The translations under genes and the position numbers were made by a program. The notes below the pieces were generated by a model, which had not been told where the DNA came from, ran no database searches, and worked only from the letters and a program-made list of their open reading frames with translations. 64,000 nucleotides of DNA from positions 2,150-66,149 of IMG/VR virus record IMGVR_UViG_3300016665_000195; one strand, written 5' to 3'. The stretch comes from a virus (Duplodnaviria > Caudoviricetes). Shown here one piece after another: positions 44,008 through 53,989 of the stretch. The number at the start of each line of letters is the position of its first letter. Within the stretch, counting starts at the first letter, position 1.

Positions 44008-47000
44008 ATGCCGTACGACGTTCAAGGTGCACGCAAGGCGGGCTATTCCGAAGCAGAAATTGCGGAATATCTTGGCGAAAAGCTTCGGTTCGATGTCAAC
44101 GGAGCCCGCAAGGCTGGGTATTCGGACGCTGAACTCGTACAGTTCCTTTCCACAGCGCAACGCCCGGGTTCGGGCGGTATCGGCACCCTTGGCCAGTTGC
44201 TCCGAGGCATTCCGGCTGGTGGCGTAAACCTGCTGGAATCCGCTGCGGTAGGTGCGTCGTCGGTTCTGCCCGACGAGTGGGAGCCCGCTGCCCGGCGTGG
44301 TATCAAGTCGGTAGCCGAGACCCTGAGAGCGCCGTTCGCGGAGCGACCGGGCAGGGAAGATACGGTCCTGCGTCGGATTGGCGAGGGAGTGGGTTCCGTC
44401 GGTGCGATGGTTCCGATGGCCTTGGCGGGTCCGCTGGGTATTGCTGGCGCTGCAGGCGTAGGTATTGCCGCCGGAGCCGGTGAAGCGCGCGTGCGCGCGG
44501 AGCAGGGAGGTGCGACCGAAGGGGAGCGCGCGGCTGCGACTGGCGCAGGTGCGCTGGTGGGCGCATCCGAATTGCTCCCCGTCACCCGATTGCTTGGACG
44601 CCTTGGAAACGCGGGGCCGGGCGTGGTCGGCATGCTCAAGCGGGCGCTGGTCACGGGTGGCGAGGAAGGCGTGCAGGAAGCTGCGGCCAATATCGCCCAG
44701 AACCTGATCGAGCGCGGCATCTACAACCCCGAGAAGGGTGTCTTCACCGATACCGGTGAGGCTCTTGGCTATGGTGCGGGTACGGGCGCTCTGGTCAGCG
44801 CGGTGGCCGACATCGTGTTGGGTGGGCGCAGGCGCGGTGCGGTACCGCCTCCGGCTCAACCTGCCGCCTCGGCAGCGCCCGAAGCGCCGGGTACGTCCGA
44901 CCTGTTCGTCACCGAAGGCCGTCCGCTTGCTGACCTGTCGCTCGCGGAACTGTATCTGGAAGAAGCGCGACTTTCCGCTGCCCTCGACGAGAACCGCCGC
45001 CAGCCCGAAATTGTCGAACGGATCAAAGAAGTTCGTGCGCTTAAAAAGCAGCGCAATATTTCCGATGTCGAAGCCCGAAAGCTTGAGCTAAACGCCAAGA
45101 AAGCGGTTGCTGATCGCGAAGCGGAACTGGCCGCACAATCCGTTTTTAGCGAAGAGACTCTACCGGAAGTAACGCCGCGCGAAGGTTTTGCACCCCCGGA
45201 AATCATCACCAGAGAGATGCTGGTCGAAGCCGGCATGCCGGCGGATCCAAAAAACAAGCTGGATAAGGAAGCCGTCCGGTGGCTGGAGCAAAATGTACTT
45301 GGCAAGTCGAAGGACGAACTGCAGGCGCTGGTCGAGGCGCGCCCTGCCCTGCTGAAGACCCCCGGCAAGAAAACGCCCGTCCTCAAGAACCTCTTGCTTC
45401 CAACCCCGCCCGCGTTCGTAGAAGGAGTGCAACGTGAGCCTGTTTCTGGACCCGAAATATCCGAACCTAGCGGACCTGTCGTTGGAGCAGGTGAGCCGGG
45501 CGTGGAGCTTCCTCAAGCAGGCGTCGGAGAGCAAGTACGACCTGCCGCCGCCCCCGGAGTTGGAGCACCTGCTGGAGTCGGAGTGGGTGCTGCTGGGGAA
45601 CCTGTTGCTGGAGAACCTGCGGCAGAAGGCGCACGCGTCGCTGCACTAGAGGAACCGGCTGCACAGGCTCCGACCGAACCGCTCGCAACCCTCCCCGAAC
45701 AACCGACTGCGCAGGGCGAGCCCGTCACCGTAGACCTGTACCGTGGCGTGCCGGCAGGGCGTGATCCCGCCTCGACCGAAGGCACGGTGGGCGAAGCCCG
45801 ATTCATGTCGCCCGACCAGACGGTGGCGCAGGTCTACGCAGGTCCGGGCGGCCAAGTCGCCAAAGAAAGCGTGACGTTCAAGAATCTGCTGTCGGCTCCG
45901 AGTTGGATGGCCGCAAAAGATCAGCTTGGCCTTCCGCGCTCGGCCACGATGGATGATCTGGTGCGAGCGGCGCGTGCCGGCGGGTATGACGGGGTTTCGT
46001 TCACGACTTCAAACGGCACCGAATACATCCAGATTCCGGAAGTTGGTGCCGATCAGGAGGCTGCGCAGCAAGCACCGGTTTCCGAAATTCCAGCAGTTAG
46101 CGAACCTCGCGTTGCCGAGCAGTTGTCTGCGGAGGAAAAGGCGCAGCTTGCCGAGTACGGGCTGGATCGCCGACCGACCGTCACCGAAGTGCCGGGTGGA
46201 CGTAAGGTACGTGGCACTCGATACCAGCAGGCTGCCGGTACGGAAACGCCCCTGTCGGCGGATGCAATTGCCGAACTTGAGCAGAACAACCTTGTCTCGG
46301 CACTGAGCGAACTTGAAGCCACCACGCAGGATCCGGCGTACAGGGCACTGGCGGCTCGGCTCAAGCTACTGCTCGGCAACACCGACGTTGTCATCCGCGA
46401 CGACCTCAAGCAACCGGACGGCACGCCCGCTGCCGGTGCTGCATCCTCCAACGGCAACACGATCTGGCTGGATCGCAACCGTGGGCTGAACGAGGAGACG
46501 CTGCTGCACGAAGCGGTGCACGCTGCCACCGAGCGCGTCATCGTAACGGAGCCTGCCAAACGTACGGCGCAGCAGAACGTCGCGATCAAGGAACTGAACG
46601 ACCTGTGGGCGTCGGCGAAGGCCGATCCCGGCATCACGCTGTCGGTGGACGCGCAGGACAGCCTGTCCGAGTTCGTGACGGAAGCGATCACGAATCCGAA
46701 GCTGATCGAGCAACTGAAGAACACGCCGTGGAAGAAGCAGACCGCGTGGGATCAGTTCAAGCAGATCGTGCTGAAGGCACTGGGCGTCAAGTTTCCGTCC
46801 AACATGTACGAAGCCGCGATGGCTTCGATGGACACGATCTTCAGCAAGCCCGCTGCGCGGGTGGCCCCTCCGGCACCGACGCCTACGGCAGGTGCAGTTC
46901 CTCGTCGCGCTCAACAACCCCCGACCCCGCAGTCTCCGACCGTCCAGCAGATGCTGGCGTCGGTGGCGAACCAATCCGCCAAAAAAGCTGCGTTCAAGTC

Positions 47001-49632
47001 GATGGTCAACGGTGCGTTCGGCGGACCGGGTAAAGGCCCGACCGGTGCCAACAACCAGTACGTCATCGATAGCGTAACGAAGATCCGCACCAAGCTTGCC
47101 GACAAGGCAGCTACCGTTTTCGACGTGCTGAACCGAGCCGTGGATGACGGGATGATCTCGGCGGTGTCGGCGAAGGCCATGCAGGTGGGCTTCAAGCAAG
47201 CCGAAGCTGCCGACCAAATGCTGCCGGAGTACTACCGCCGAGGTGCCCTCGCGCCCGACCCGATCGCTGGGTGGACGGTCGTCGATAGCAAGCGCCCGCC
47301 CGCCTCGGTCTTCCCCATCATCGAGAAGTGGGGCAAGGCGAAGGGCATGACGATGGATCAGGCGTGGGATGTTGCGGCGATGATGATTCAGGCGCCGCGC
47401 GAATACAAGTTCCGCGACTACAACCGCACCGCCAAGGCAGGAGATCCGAAGCTGCCGCAGTCGATGAGCAACGCCGACATCGACCTGTTCTACCAAGCGT
47501 TCAAGGCTGATAAAGACATTCAAGAGGTCAAGTCGATCCTCGACGAGGCGCGCATCGCCCTCATCGACCACATGGTGCGAGTGGGCCGGATCAGTAAAGA
47601 TCTTGCCAAGGAGTGGACTTCGGCTGCGGAGTACGTTCCGCTCGACCGTCTCACCGATAAAGAAATCGGAATCCTTGAGACGCACTTCCGGCAGCGGCGC
47701 ACTACCGGCAAGGGGCTTTCTTCGCTGGGCGGGCTCCCGGTGCTGGTCAACGCGAATTGGGTTGATCGCCCGACCGGCAACGTCATCGAGAACTACTTCT
47801 CCCTGCTCGGCTGGATGGTGCAGCAGGTGGTCCGCACTGATGCGCTGAACAAGACGGTGCAGCAGCTTGAGGCCATCGGGCAGGCCCGCCGGGTGGGCAC
47901 CACCCGCCCGGGCACGGAAACGGCGGTGATGACGTACAAGAACGGCGTGCGGATCTACTACGAGACGCCGACCGTCTACCATGCGATGGCGTTCAACGCG
48001 AGGGTGGCGCCCACTCTCGGGTTCATGAAGGTGATGTCCAACATCTCCAACGTGCTGCGAACCTCCATCACGGCACTGCCAACCTTTACGGCCGGGCAGC
48101 TTCCGCAGGATACCCAGCGGGCCATCTTCTACTCCGGAGTAAAGGATATTGCGGCGCTGACTTCGCGGATCGCAACTAATTTTGCGGCCCTGAGCAAGCA
48201 CGCAATTAAAGGCACGCTTTCGACTGCGCCGGAGACGATCGCCCTTCGCGAACGCGGGGTGGCTGGCGACGTGGACTTCCGGCTTGAGAACCCGGCGCAA
48301 TCGCTGCTGGAAGAGTTTGGGTACAAGTCGTACACCCAACTGAAGTCGAAGACGTTCGGCACGCTGCTGCATCGGATGAACGAAATCTCGCGAGCCTCCG
48401 ACCTCGCGGTTCGGCAAGGCATCTACGACCAGACGCTGCTGGAGACGGGCGACCGGCTGCTGGCGCTGCAGCGTGCGCGTGAGATCATCAACTTCCGTAC
48501 CTCCGGTGCCGGTGACCGGTTCCACATCCTGCATTCGATGCTGCAGACGATTCCGTTCTTCGGATCGTATGTCCAAGGTATGGACATCGTGTACCGTGGG
48601 ATGACGGGTAAAAATGCGGTGAGCGGGCTGCCCGCAAAGCAGGCCCAGAAAAAGTTCTTCGCGATGGCCGGTTCGCTCATGGCGGCGAGCATCCTCTACT
48701 CGCTGGCGATGGCGGGCGAGGACGAGTACGAATCTATGTCGCTTGAGGAGCGCGACAAGACGTGGGTGTTGGGTGGCGGGTTCGGGATCCCCGTGCCGTC
48801 CGAGATCGGCATGCTGTTCAAAGCCATCCCGGAGCGCGTAACGGAATACTTCCTGAAGCAGGGCACGCCGGACGAGGCGGCGGGCATGATCGCGGTCTCG
48901 TCGTGGTTCAAGTCGGCGTTCAAGGAATACTTCGGCCGTATCACTCCCATCCCGTCGGCGGCTCGACCACTGCTGGAAACGTGGATGGATTACTCGATCC
49001 GCACCGGGCGTGAACTGGAAGGTGCGTACCAAGAAGGACTGGAGATTCCGGAGCGGGTCACGTCCACCACATCCGAGTTTGCCCGGGAGGTTGCCCGGTT
49101 CGCAGCGGCTACAGGTATTACAAAGACGCTAAAGGACACGCTGAACGTAGAACTTTCGCCGATCAAGATCGATAACCTTCTCAACGGGTACTTCGGCACG
49201 ACGGCAGCACTTGGTCTCGCTACGATGGACGCTCTCGTCAGCGACCGTGCGGACCGCCCGTTGAGCCGCATGATCGGTCTGACCCCGTTCACCTACGAGC
49301 CTGTTGGCACGCGGTACAAGGACGAGTTCTACGAACTGCGCGAGCGCGTAGCGCAGGCGCAGCAGACGATCAACCTGCTCATGAGGCGCGATGTCGACGC
49401 AGCCTACAAATATGCGCAGGACCGCAAGGAAGAGTTGATGCTGTACCGCGCGGTCAACGCCACGCTGAATCATCTGAAGGCGACGCGCGACCGCAAGAAC
49501 TGGCTCGATACTCCTGCTGCTGCGGAACAGATGTCGGGGGCGGAACGGCTCCAGCAAAAACGAGAGATGGAGGCCCGTGAGCAGGAACTGACCAAGTGGA
49601 CCCGGGAGGCGCGCCGCGCGCTGGGCCTTTAA
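44008..49632 (+). CDS. large polyvalent ejection protein (ART-like, zincin metallopeptidase, LPD38-like domains)
   Basis: 1874 aa; DLYRG...FMSPD...GYDGV...GTEY (R-S-E ART-like, about 45727-46038); ETLLHEAVHA (HExxH, 46507); C-terminal IPVPSEIGMLFK..PER...YQEGL..PER. Confidence 0.8.
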   Translation: MPYDVQGARKAGYSEAEIAEYLGEKLRFDVNGARKAGYSDAELVQFLSTAQRPGSGGIGTLGQLLRGIPAGGVNLLESAAVGASSVLPDEWEPAARRGIKSVAETLRAPFAERPGREDTVLRRIGEGVGSVGAMVPMALAGPLGIAGAAGVGIAAGAGEARVRAEQGGATEGERAAATGAGALVGASELLPVTRLLGRLGNAGPGVVGMLKRALVTGGEEGVQEAAANIAQNLIERGIYNPEKGVFTDTGEALGYGAGTGALVSAVADIVLGGRRRGAVPPPAQPAASAAPEAPGTSDLFVTEGRPLADLSLAELYLEEARLSAALDENRRQPEIVERIKEVRALKKQRNISDVEARKLELNAKKAVADREAELAAQSVFSEETLPEVTPREGFAPPEIITREMLVEAGMPADPKNKLDKEAVRWLEQNVLGKSKDELQALVEARPALLKTPGKKTPVLKNLLLPTPPAFVEGVQREPVSGPEISEPSGPVVGAGEPGVELPQAGVGEQVRPAAAPGVGAPAGVGVGAAGEPVAGEPAAEGARVAALEEPAAQAPTEPLATLPEQPTAQGEPVTVDLYRGVPAGRDPASTEGTVGEARFMSPDQTVAQVYAGPGGQVAKESVTFKNLLSAPSWMAAKDQLGLPRSATMDDLVRAARAGGYDGVSFTTSNGTEYIQIPEVGADQEAAQQAPVSEIPAVSEPRVAEQLSAEEKAQLAEYGLDRRPTVTEVPGGRKVRGTRYQQAAGTETPLSADAIAELEQNNLVSALSELEATTQDPAYRALAARLKLLLGNTDVVIRDDLKQPDGTPAAGAASSNGNTIWLDRNRGLNEETLLHEAVHAATERVIVTEPAKRTAQQNVAIKELNDLWASAKADPGITLSVDAQDSLSEFVTEAITNPKLIEQLKNTPWKKQTAWDQFKQIVLKALGVKFPSNMYEAAMASMDTIFSKPAARVAPPAPTPTAGAVPRRAQQPPTPQSPTVQQMLASVANQSAKKAAFKSMVNGAFGGPGKGPTGANNQYVIDSVTKIRTKLADKAATVFDVLNRAVDDGMISAVSAKAMQVGFKQAEAADQMLPEYYRRGALAPDPIAGWTVVDSKRPPASVFPIIEKWGKAKGMTMDQAWDVAAMMIQAPREYKFRDYNRTAKAGDPKLPQSMSNADIDLFYQAFKADKDIQEVKSILDEARIALIDHMVRVGRISKDLAKEWTSAAEYVPLDRLTDKEIGILETHFRQRRTTGKGLSSLGGLPVLVNANWVDRPTGNVIENYFSLLGWMVQQVVRTDALNKTVQQLEAIGQARRVGTTRPGTETAVMTYKNGVRIYYETPTVYHAMAFNARVAPTLGFMKVMSNISNVLRTSITALPTFTAGQLPQDTQRAIFYSGVKDIAALTSRIATNFAALSKHAIKGTLSTAPETIALRERGVAGDVDFRLENPAQSLLEEFGYKSYTQLKSKTFGTLLHRMNEISRASDLAVRQGIYDQTLLETGDRLLALQRAREIINFRTSGAGDRFHILHSMLQTIPFFGSYVQGMDIVYRGMTGKNAVSGLPAKQAQKKFFAMAGSLMAASILYSLAMAGEDEYESMSLEERDKTWVLGGGFGIPVPSEIGMLFKAIPERVTEYFLKQGTPDEAAGMIAVSSWFKSAFKEYFGRITPIPSAARPLLETWMDYSIRTGRELEGAYQEGLEIPERVTSTTSEFAREVARFAAATGITKTLKDTLNVELSPIKIDNLLNGYFGTTAALGLATMDALVSDRADRPLSRMIGLTPFTYEPVGTRYKDEFYELRERVAQAQQTINLLMRRDVDAAYKYAQDRKEELMLYRAVNATLNHLKATRDRKNWLDTPAAAEQMSGAERLQQKREMEAREQELTKWTREARRALGL
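45434..45649 (+). CDS. candidate overprinted gene (+1 frame) inside the polyvalent protein
   Basis: AAGGAG at 45422-27, 6 nt before GTG; 71-aa amphipathic product; host frame is low-complexity E/P/G/A/V over the same interval. Confidence 0.6.
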   Translation: MSLFLDPKYPNLADLSLEQVSRAWSFLKQASESKYDLPPPPELEHLLESEWVLLGNLLLENLRQKAHASLH

Positions 49633-49868
49633 GCCAACCGCCAGACCCGAAAGCCGTAATACCCGAACTCCACACGGGCTGCGGCTTTCAGGGTCATGTT
49701 CAGGAACCGGCTGACCCGGGTTAGCTCCTTCTGCACCATCCGTGGCGTAGCGGTGGTCTTCAGGAAGAAAGAGCAGCCCGGGTGCAGTTCCTCCCAAGCG
49801 ATGTGGTACTGAACCCCGTACAGGTTAAGGTATCGGTACCGATCAGGCACCAGCGTCGGAGGTGCCAT
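49629..49868 (-). CDS. small putative DNA-binding protein
   Basis: IAWEELHPGCSFFL...LKAAARVEFGYYGFRVWRLA. Confidence 0.75.
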   Translation of the reverse strand: MAPPTLVPDRYRYLNLYGVQYHIAWEELHPGCSFFLKTTATPRMVQKELTRVSRFLNMTLKAAARVEFGYYGFRVWRLA

Positions 49869-52728
49869 CTGTCTTGGCCTGCGGTACGCAGAACGCGGCA
49901 ACGTCCACCCCGAGCTTGTCGGCGTCGAAGCAGTAGCTTCGCAGGCTGGAAGACTCCAGCCCGACCAGCGCGCCCGAGCCAATCCGCTTGGACACCGGGT
50001 TGCCGCCGTGCTTCAGCACGCCGAGCGAGGTCATCTCCCGCAGCGCGTACTTGAAGTCCACCTGCCGCTCGACGAAGTAGTCCCGCAGGGGTGCGGCCGG
50101 GATCCAGATCTCCTTGGTGTCCGGTTCGAACCGGATCCGCAGCGCACCGCGCGGCACTTGGAACGCAGGGCTGGGCATGCCGTTGGTGCGGTTGCCGTTG
50201 ATCACCAGCGAGTTGTTGATGTTCTCGTTCATGTACTCGGCAAGCGTCTCGGTGGCGGTGTTCTGCGTGTTAGTGACCGGTGCGATGACCTCGGTCTTGA
50301 TGCCCCGCAGTACGGATACCGCCGTCGCGTAGACCGGCTCGACCGGGATGTGATGCAGCCCGATGCTCGCGGCTATCGACCCTCCAGCCAGCGCCAGCGT
50401 GAGCGCCCGTGCATGGAACCGGTCGGACTGGTCGAGGTTCAGGTCGGTGTCGAACCGTGCAGCAAACTGCTTGGCTATTTCGTCGACCTGCGGCATGTGC
50501 GTCATCACATGCTGGATGTACTTGGGTCCGGCTACCCCGTAGTTGAACGCCAGATTGCGGAACACCGCATCGGATTCAGTCTTGCCGATGTCGAGCGGGC
50601 GCGTGATCCGCAGTTCGATCAGCCGGCGCAGTTCGCCGTCGGCCGTACTCTTGTGCCGCAGCAACTTGTCGTACATGGACGAATTGCTTGAGGAGATCGC
50701 AAAGTTCTGCCACGACGTGGTGTTCACCCGCATCTTGTTCGACTGGGCTTCCATCCGGTGCCGACCCCGTCCCTGCGGGATGTCGTACACCAGCGCCGAC
50801 AACTCCTCGTCCGTCAGGTTGGTCACCTCGTCCATCGTCACCGGCAGGTGGTTCATCAGGCCCATCCACTGCATCCGGGCGTTGATGGTGTCGTCCTTCT
50901 TCAGAAGAAGTTCGGACGGATGGCCGAAGATGGAGTTGATCACCGTCTGCACCGTGGTTTTGCCGGTGCCGGACTTGTTCGACATCAGGTTGATCAGCGC
51001 ACCTCGCACCTCGATGCCGCCGTACAGGCGCAGCAGCGGCGAGCCGAAGCCGAAGAAGAACGCAAGCGCGTGCATCTCCATGTTCGGCCGTGCGTAGAAG
51101 TCGGCGACCCCCGTCCACTCGGTCAGGTTGCCCTTGGCGATTAGCAGCGGTGCAAGGTTCCGGGTAGCGGACGCTGCGGGCGCGAGCCGCACGCCCTGTG
51201 GCATGTACTCAAGCTCTCCGATCACGAAGCCCGACAGGTCCGGTGCCCAGCCCATCTGGTTGCGGGTGCGGTCTGCTGCGTACAGCTTCTGCAGATTGCG
51301 GATCGACGATGCGAGGTAAGCCATGATCTCGTCCAGTTCCTTGTTGATCGCGACCACACCGTGCTTGAGCAGCAGGTCGCGCATCTTCTCCTTCACCAAC
51401 AGGTGCGCCACAGGTGCGGTGAACCGCCGGATGCCGTCGTTCGGAGTGTGCAGGTGCACGCATACGATCTCGCCTTCACCGTCGCCCTCCTGCGAAGAGT
51501 CGTATTGCCGACCCGTCACGTACAGGTCGTACCGGTAGATCTCCTTCTCATCCGGGTTGCCGTCCTTATCCTTCTCGCGCTTGTACACGCCGCCGTTCAG
51601 CCCCCGGAAGTACGGGAACGGATACGTCGGGATCGTGACGCTGACGACGTTGGCAGCGCCCGTAGGATCCGCGCTGGCTGGCTTGTGCTGTACCACGTAG
51701 CCGTCGCCCACGACCTCGGCCTTCTGCACCTTGCGGCCCAGCGAGATCGGACTGGTGACGGTCTGCGTGCAGCCTTCGCAGATGGAACCGTAGTTGTCGC
51801 GGTACCACCGGCACGTCGTTGGTCCCTTGGTCGTATGCGCCTTGGCGATGGTCTTCTCGGGCGAGTACTCCGGGTGCGCGGACGACAGCTTGTGGATCGC
51901 GGTCTCGGCATCGGTGCAGCGCCACGCAATCGACAGTGCCGCCCGCCACAGGGGTTCTTCCAGCGTCTCGGCATTGGTGATCGCGTGCGCGATCTGAGCG
52001 CAGCCTGCCCCGGTCATGCTCTTGCGAACGAGGCGCGTGAACTCGCACGCGGGATAATCGCCCTGCGCCAACGACAGCGTCATCGCGTCCATGCCCGCAG
52101 CCTTCGCTGCGGTCAGGTCGACCTGTCCTTCGGGCAGCAGCTTCTCCAGTTCCTCGACGGGAGTGGCCGGCCCGGCGAACATCATATGCACAGGCAGCGG
52201 TGGGTCGGTCTTGAAGTTGTCCGTGCCCGGCGAGCGCAGGATGCGAGCAGCATCGGCCGGCACCACCGGGTCGAACCCGAGCTTATGTTCGGCGCACAAC
52301 TTCTTGAACCGACGCGCCAGCGAACGCCAGCGGTCCGCAGAGATCGCTTCGGTGAACGGCCAGTATGCATGCAGCCCGCGCCCTGAATTAACGATGGTCG
52401 GCTTGGGCAGTTTGGTCGTATCGACGAACTTACGCAGTGCCAACGCAGCCGCCGACTGGTCTCCATACGGCTTGTCGGGACCTACATCCAGATCGAGGAA
52501 GAAGCTGCGGAGTTCCTTCGCGTTGTCGCTCTTGCGCCCGATCCCGATGTCGTTGAACGTCGCGAGCGCGAAGTATGCGTTGATGCCTTGCCGTGCTAGC
52601 TCATCCCCTTTGGCTTCCAGTTCGTCTAGCGTCGCGTGGAATGTTGTTATGACTCTGCTGCCATGGATACCCACCGCACAGTAGGTTCCAGTTGGGGGCA
52701 GCACAGCCTCGTAGAAAGTTGTACTCAC
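49843..52728 (-). CDS. primase-helicase (AEP/RepB-like primase + DUF927 + SF3-like helicase)
   Basis: YFALATF, FFLDLDVG, VNSGRGLHAYW, ARILRSPGTDN; C-terminal KSGTGKTT, VTMDEVTN, SSSN. Confidence 0.85.
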   Translation of the reverse strand: MSTTFYEAVLPPTGTYCAVGIHGSRVITTFHATLDELEAKGDELARQGINAYFALATFNDIGIGRKSDNAKELRSFFLDLDVGPDKPYGDQSAAALALRKFVDTTKLPKPTIVNSGRGLHAYWPFTEAISADRWRSLARRFKKLCAEHKLGFDPVVPADAARILRSPGTDNFKTDPPLPVHMMFAGPATPVEELEKLLPEGQVDLTAAKAAGMDAMTLSLAQGDYPACEFTRLVRKSMTGAGCAQIAHAITNAETLEEPLWRAALSIAWRCTDAETAIHKLSSAHPEYSPEKTIAKAHTTKGPTTCRWYRDNYGSICEGCTQTVTSPISLGRKVQKAEVVGDGYVVQHKPASADPTGAANVVSVTIPTYPFPYFRGLNGGVYKREKDKDGNPDEKEIYRYDLYVTGRQYDSSQEGDGEGEIVCVHLHTPNDGIRRFTAPVAHLLVKEKMRDLLLKHGVVAINKELDEIMAYLASSIRNLQKLYAADRTRNQMGWAPDLSGFVIGELEYMPQGVRLAPAASATRNLAPLLIAKGNLTEWTGVADFYARPNMEMHALAFFFGFGSPLLRLYGGIEVRGALINLMSNKSGTGKTTVQTVINSIFGHPSELLLKKDDTINARMQWMGLMNHLPVTMDEVTNLTDEELSALVYDIPQGRGRHRMEAQSNKMRVNTTSWQNFAISSSNSSMYDKLLRHKSTADGELRRLIELRITRPLDIGKTESDAVFRNLAFNYGVAGPKYIQHVMTHMPQVDEIAKQFAARFDTDLNLDQSDRFHARALTLALAGGSIAASIGLHHIPVEPVYATAVSVLRGIKTEVIAPVTNTQNTATETLAEYMNENINNSLVINGNRTNGMPSPAFQVPRGALRIRFEPDTKEIWIPAAPLRDYFVERQVDFKYALREMTSLGVLKHGGNPVSKRIGSGALVGLESSSLRSYCFDADKLGVDVAAFCVPQAKTDGTSDAGA

Positions 52729-52843
52729 GAAGCCCCACGGTGCGAAGCACGGGAAAAAGGTGGGGCAGCGGCCCGTGGTCCGCTTTTGTCAGGAGGGGAT
52801 CAACCTCCCCTAGCCCCGGGGGAACCGACTATACCGCAAGCGG

Positions 52844-53098
52844 CTAGGCGTGCTTCTCCAGCCACGCTTCCACTTTCGGCGTCAGCGCAGCATTCGGCGA
52901 GAACCTACCGACGAACCAAGCGTAGATCGCCTGCTTGGACACGCCCAGATCCTGCGCAACCTGCCGCACTGGAATCTCCTTGGCGATGCAGAACTTCGCG
53001 AGCCGCACGCCCAGCAGTGCCGGGTCGGCGGCATCGACCTGCCGCATCATCCACAGGGAATACCCGCGTGCCTGAGACTTCGTTTTATTCGTCGTCAT
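52844..53098 (-). CDS. XRE/Cro-like HTH regulator
   Basis: IPVRQVAQDLGVSKQAIYAWFVGRFSP. Confidence 0.8.
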   Translation of the reverse strand: MTTNKTKSQARGYSLWMMRQVDAADPALLGVRLAKFCIAKEIPVRQVAQDLGVSKQAIYAWFVGRFSPNAALTPKVEAWLEKHA

Positions 53099-53966
53099 CG
53101 CTGGCCCATTGTCCCATGATGTCTTCTACGCTCTTCGGAGCGGGCGTATCCGCCTTCTTGGACGCGCGCTTGGTCGGCGCGGGCTCCTCGGGATCGGCGG
53201 CGGGTGCCGCAGCCGGGGCATCCTTGAACGCCGGAGGCAGAGCCGGAACCTGCTGCGAGGGCGGCGCGAACTTCATCTCGATCGCCTGCTTGGCATCGTC
53301 CGACGCACCCTGCGCACGGGCCGCGCTCAGTTCCTCCTTGGTCAGCGGACGCACTGCACGGAACTTCAAAACCGGAACGGGCGCATCCGTATCAAACCGC
53401 GCCTCGGTCACGATGCCGGACATCGGCACACCGTGACCCGCCAGAAACTTCGCGTAGGCGTTGAGTGGCATGCGCTCGCCCTTCGGCTCGCCGAAGATGC
53501 TGGTGGCCGGCAGTTGCAGGCGGTAGACGTTGCCGCTGATGTCACCTTCCAGCACGACGGCCAGCCGACGGCTGAACCGGCAGGCGCGCGACTCGCCCTG
53601 ACCGGAGCCCTTGATGTTCTGCGGGCAGGTGGCGCAGGCCGAGGACTGACGGTTCGGTGCGGTGGGATCCGGGGTCTTGCCATCGGCCGACCAGCACACG
53701 GGGCTGACAACCTGACCTTCTTCGTATGCACCTGCGTAGTAGGTGCGGCCCACGTTCGGCGCAGCGTTGACGACGACGAGGTTCATCGCCCGGTCTTCGT
53801 TCTTCGCGATCTCCTCGCCGCCCACGATCATGCGGAAGACGCCACCCTTGATGGAGATCGTCTTGCCGCCCGAGGTGCCGGCCAGCGACTTGGTGAAGTC
53901 GTCAGCAGCTTCGCGCAGGTAATCGGGGAGGGCGGCACCGGACTTGAACAGGGTGAGTTCAGACAT
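53085..53966 (-). CDS. ssDNA-binding protein-like
   Basis: ISIKGGVFR...RTYY...PVCWSADG...CATCPQNIKGSG...ACRFSRRLAV; acidic C-terminal tail WASDDDE. Confidence 0.7.
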   Translation of the reverse strand: MSELTLFKSGAALPDYLREAADDFTKSLAGTSGGKTISIKGGVFRMIVGGEEIAKNEDRAMNLVVVNAAPNVGRTYYAGAYEEGQVVSPVCWSADGKTPDPTAPNRQSSACATCPQNIKGSGQGESRACRFSRRLAVVLEGDISGNVYRLQLPATSIFGEPKGERMPLNAYAKFLAGHGVPMSGIVTEARFDTDAPVPVLKFRAVRPLTKEELSAARAQGASDDAKQAIEMKFAPPSQQVPALPPAFKDAPAAAPAADPEEPAPTKRASKKADTPAPKSVEDIMGQWASDDDE

Positions 53967-53989
53967 CTTTGTTCCTTGAATTAGACGGA

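Noticed and set aside
46366-49032. 888-aa minus-strand ORF, and similar ones at 11846-13288, 18924-20627 and 37522-38871
   Set aside because: Antisense shadows of well-supported plus-strand genes, with no motifs
52739-52843. Intrinsic terminator between the HTH and primase genes
   Set aside because: Only short or imperfect stems, and the U-tract is separated from the stem
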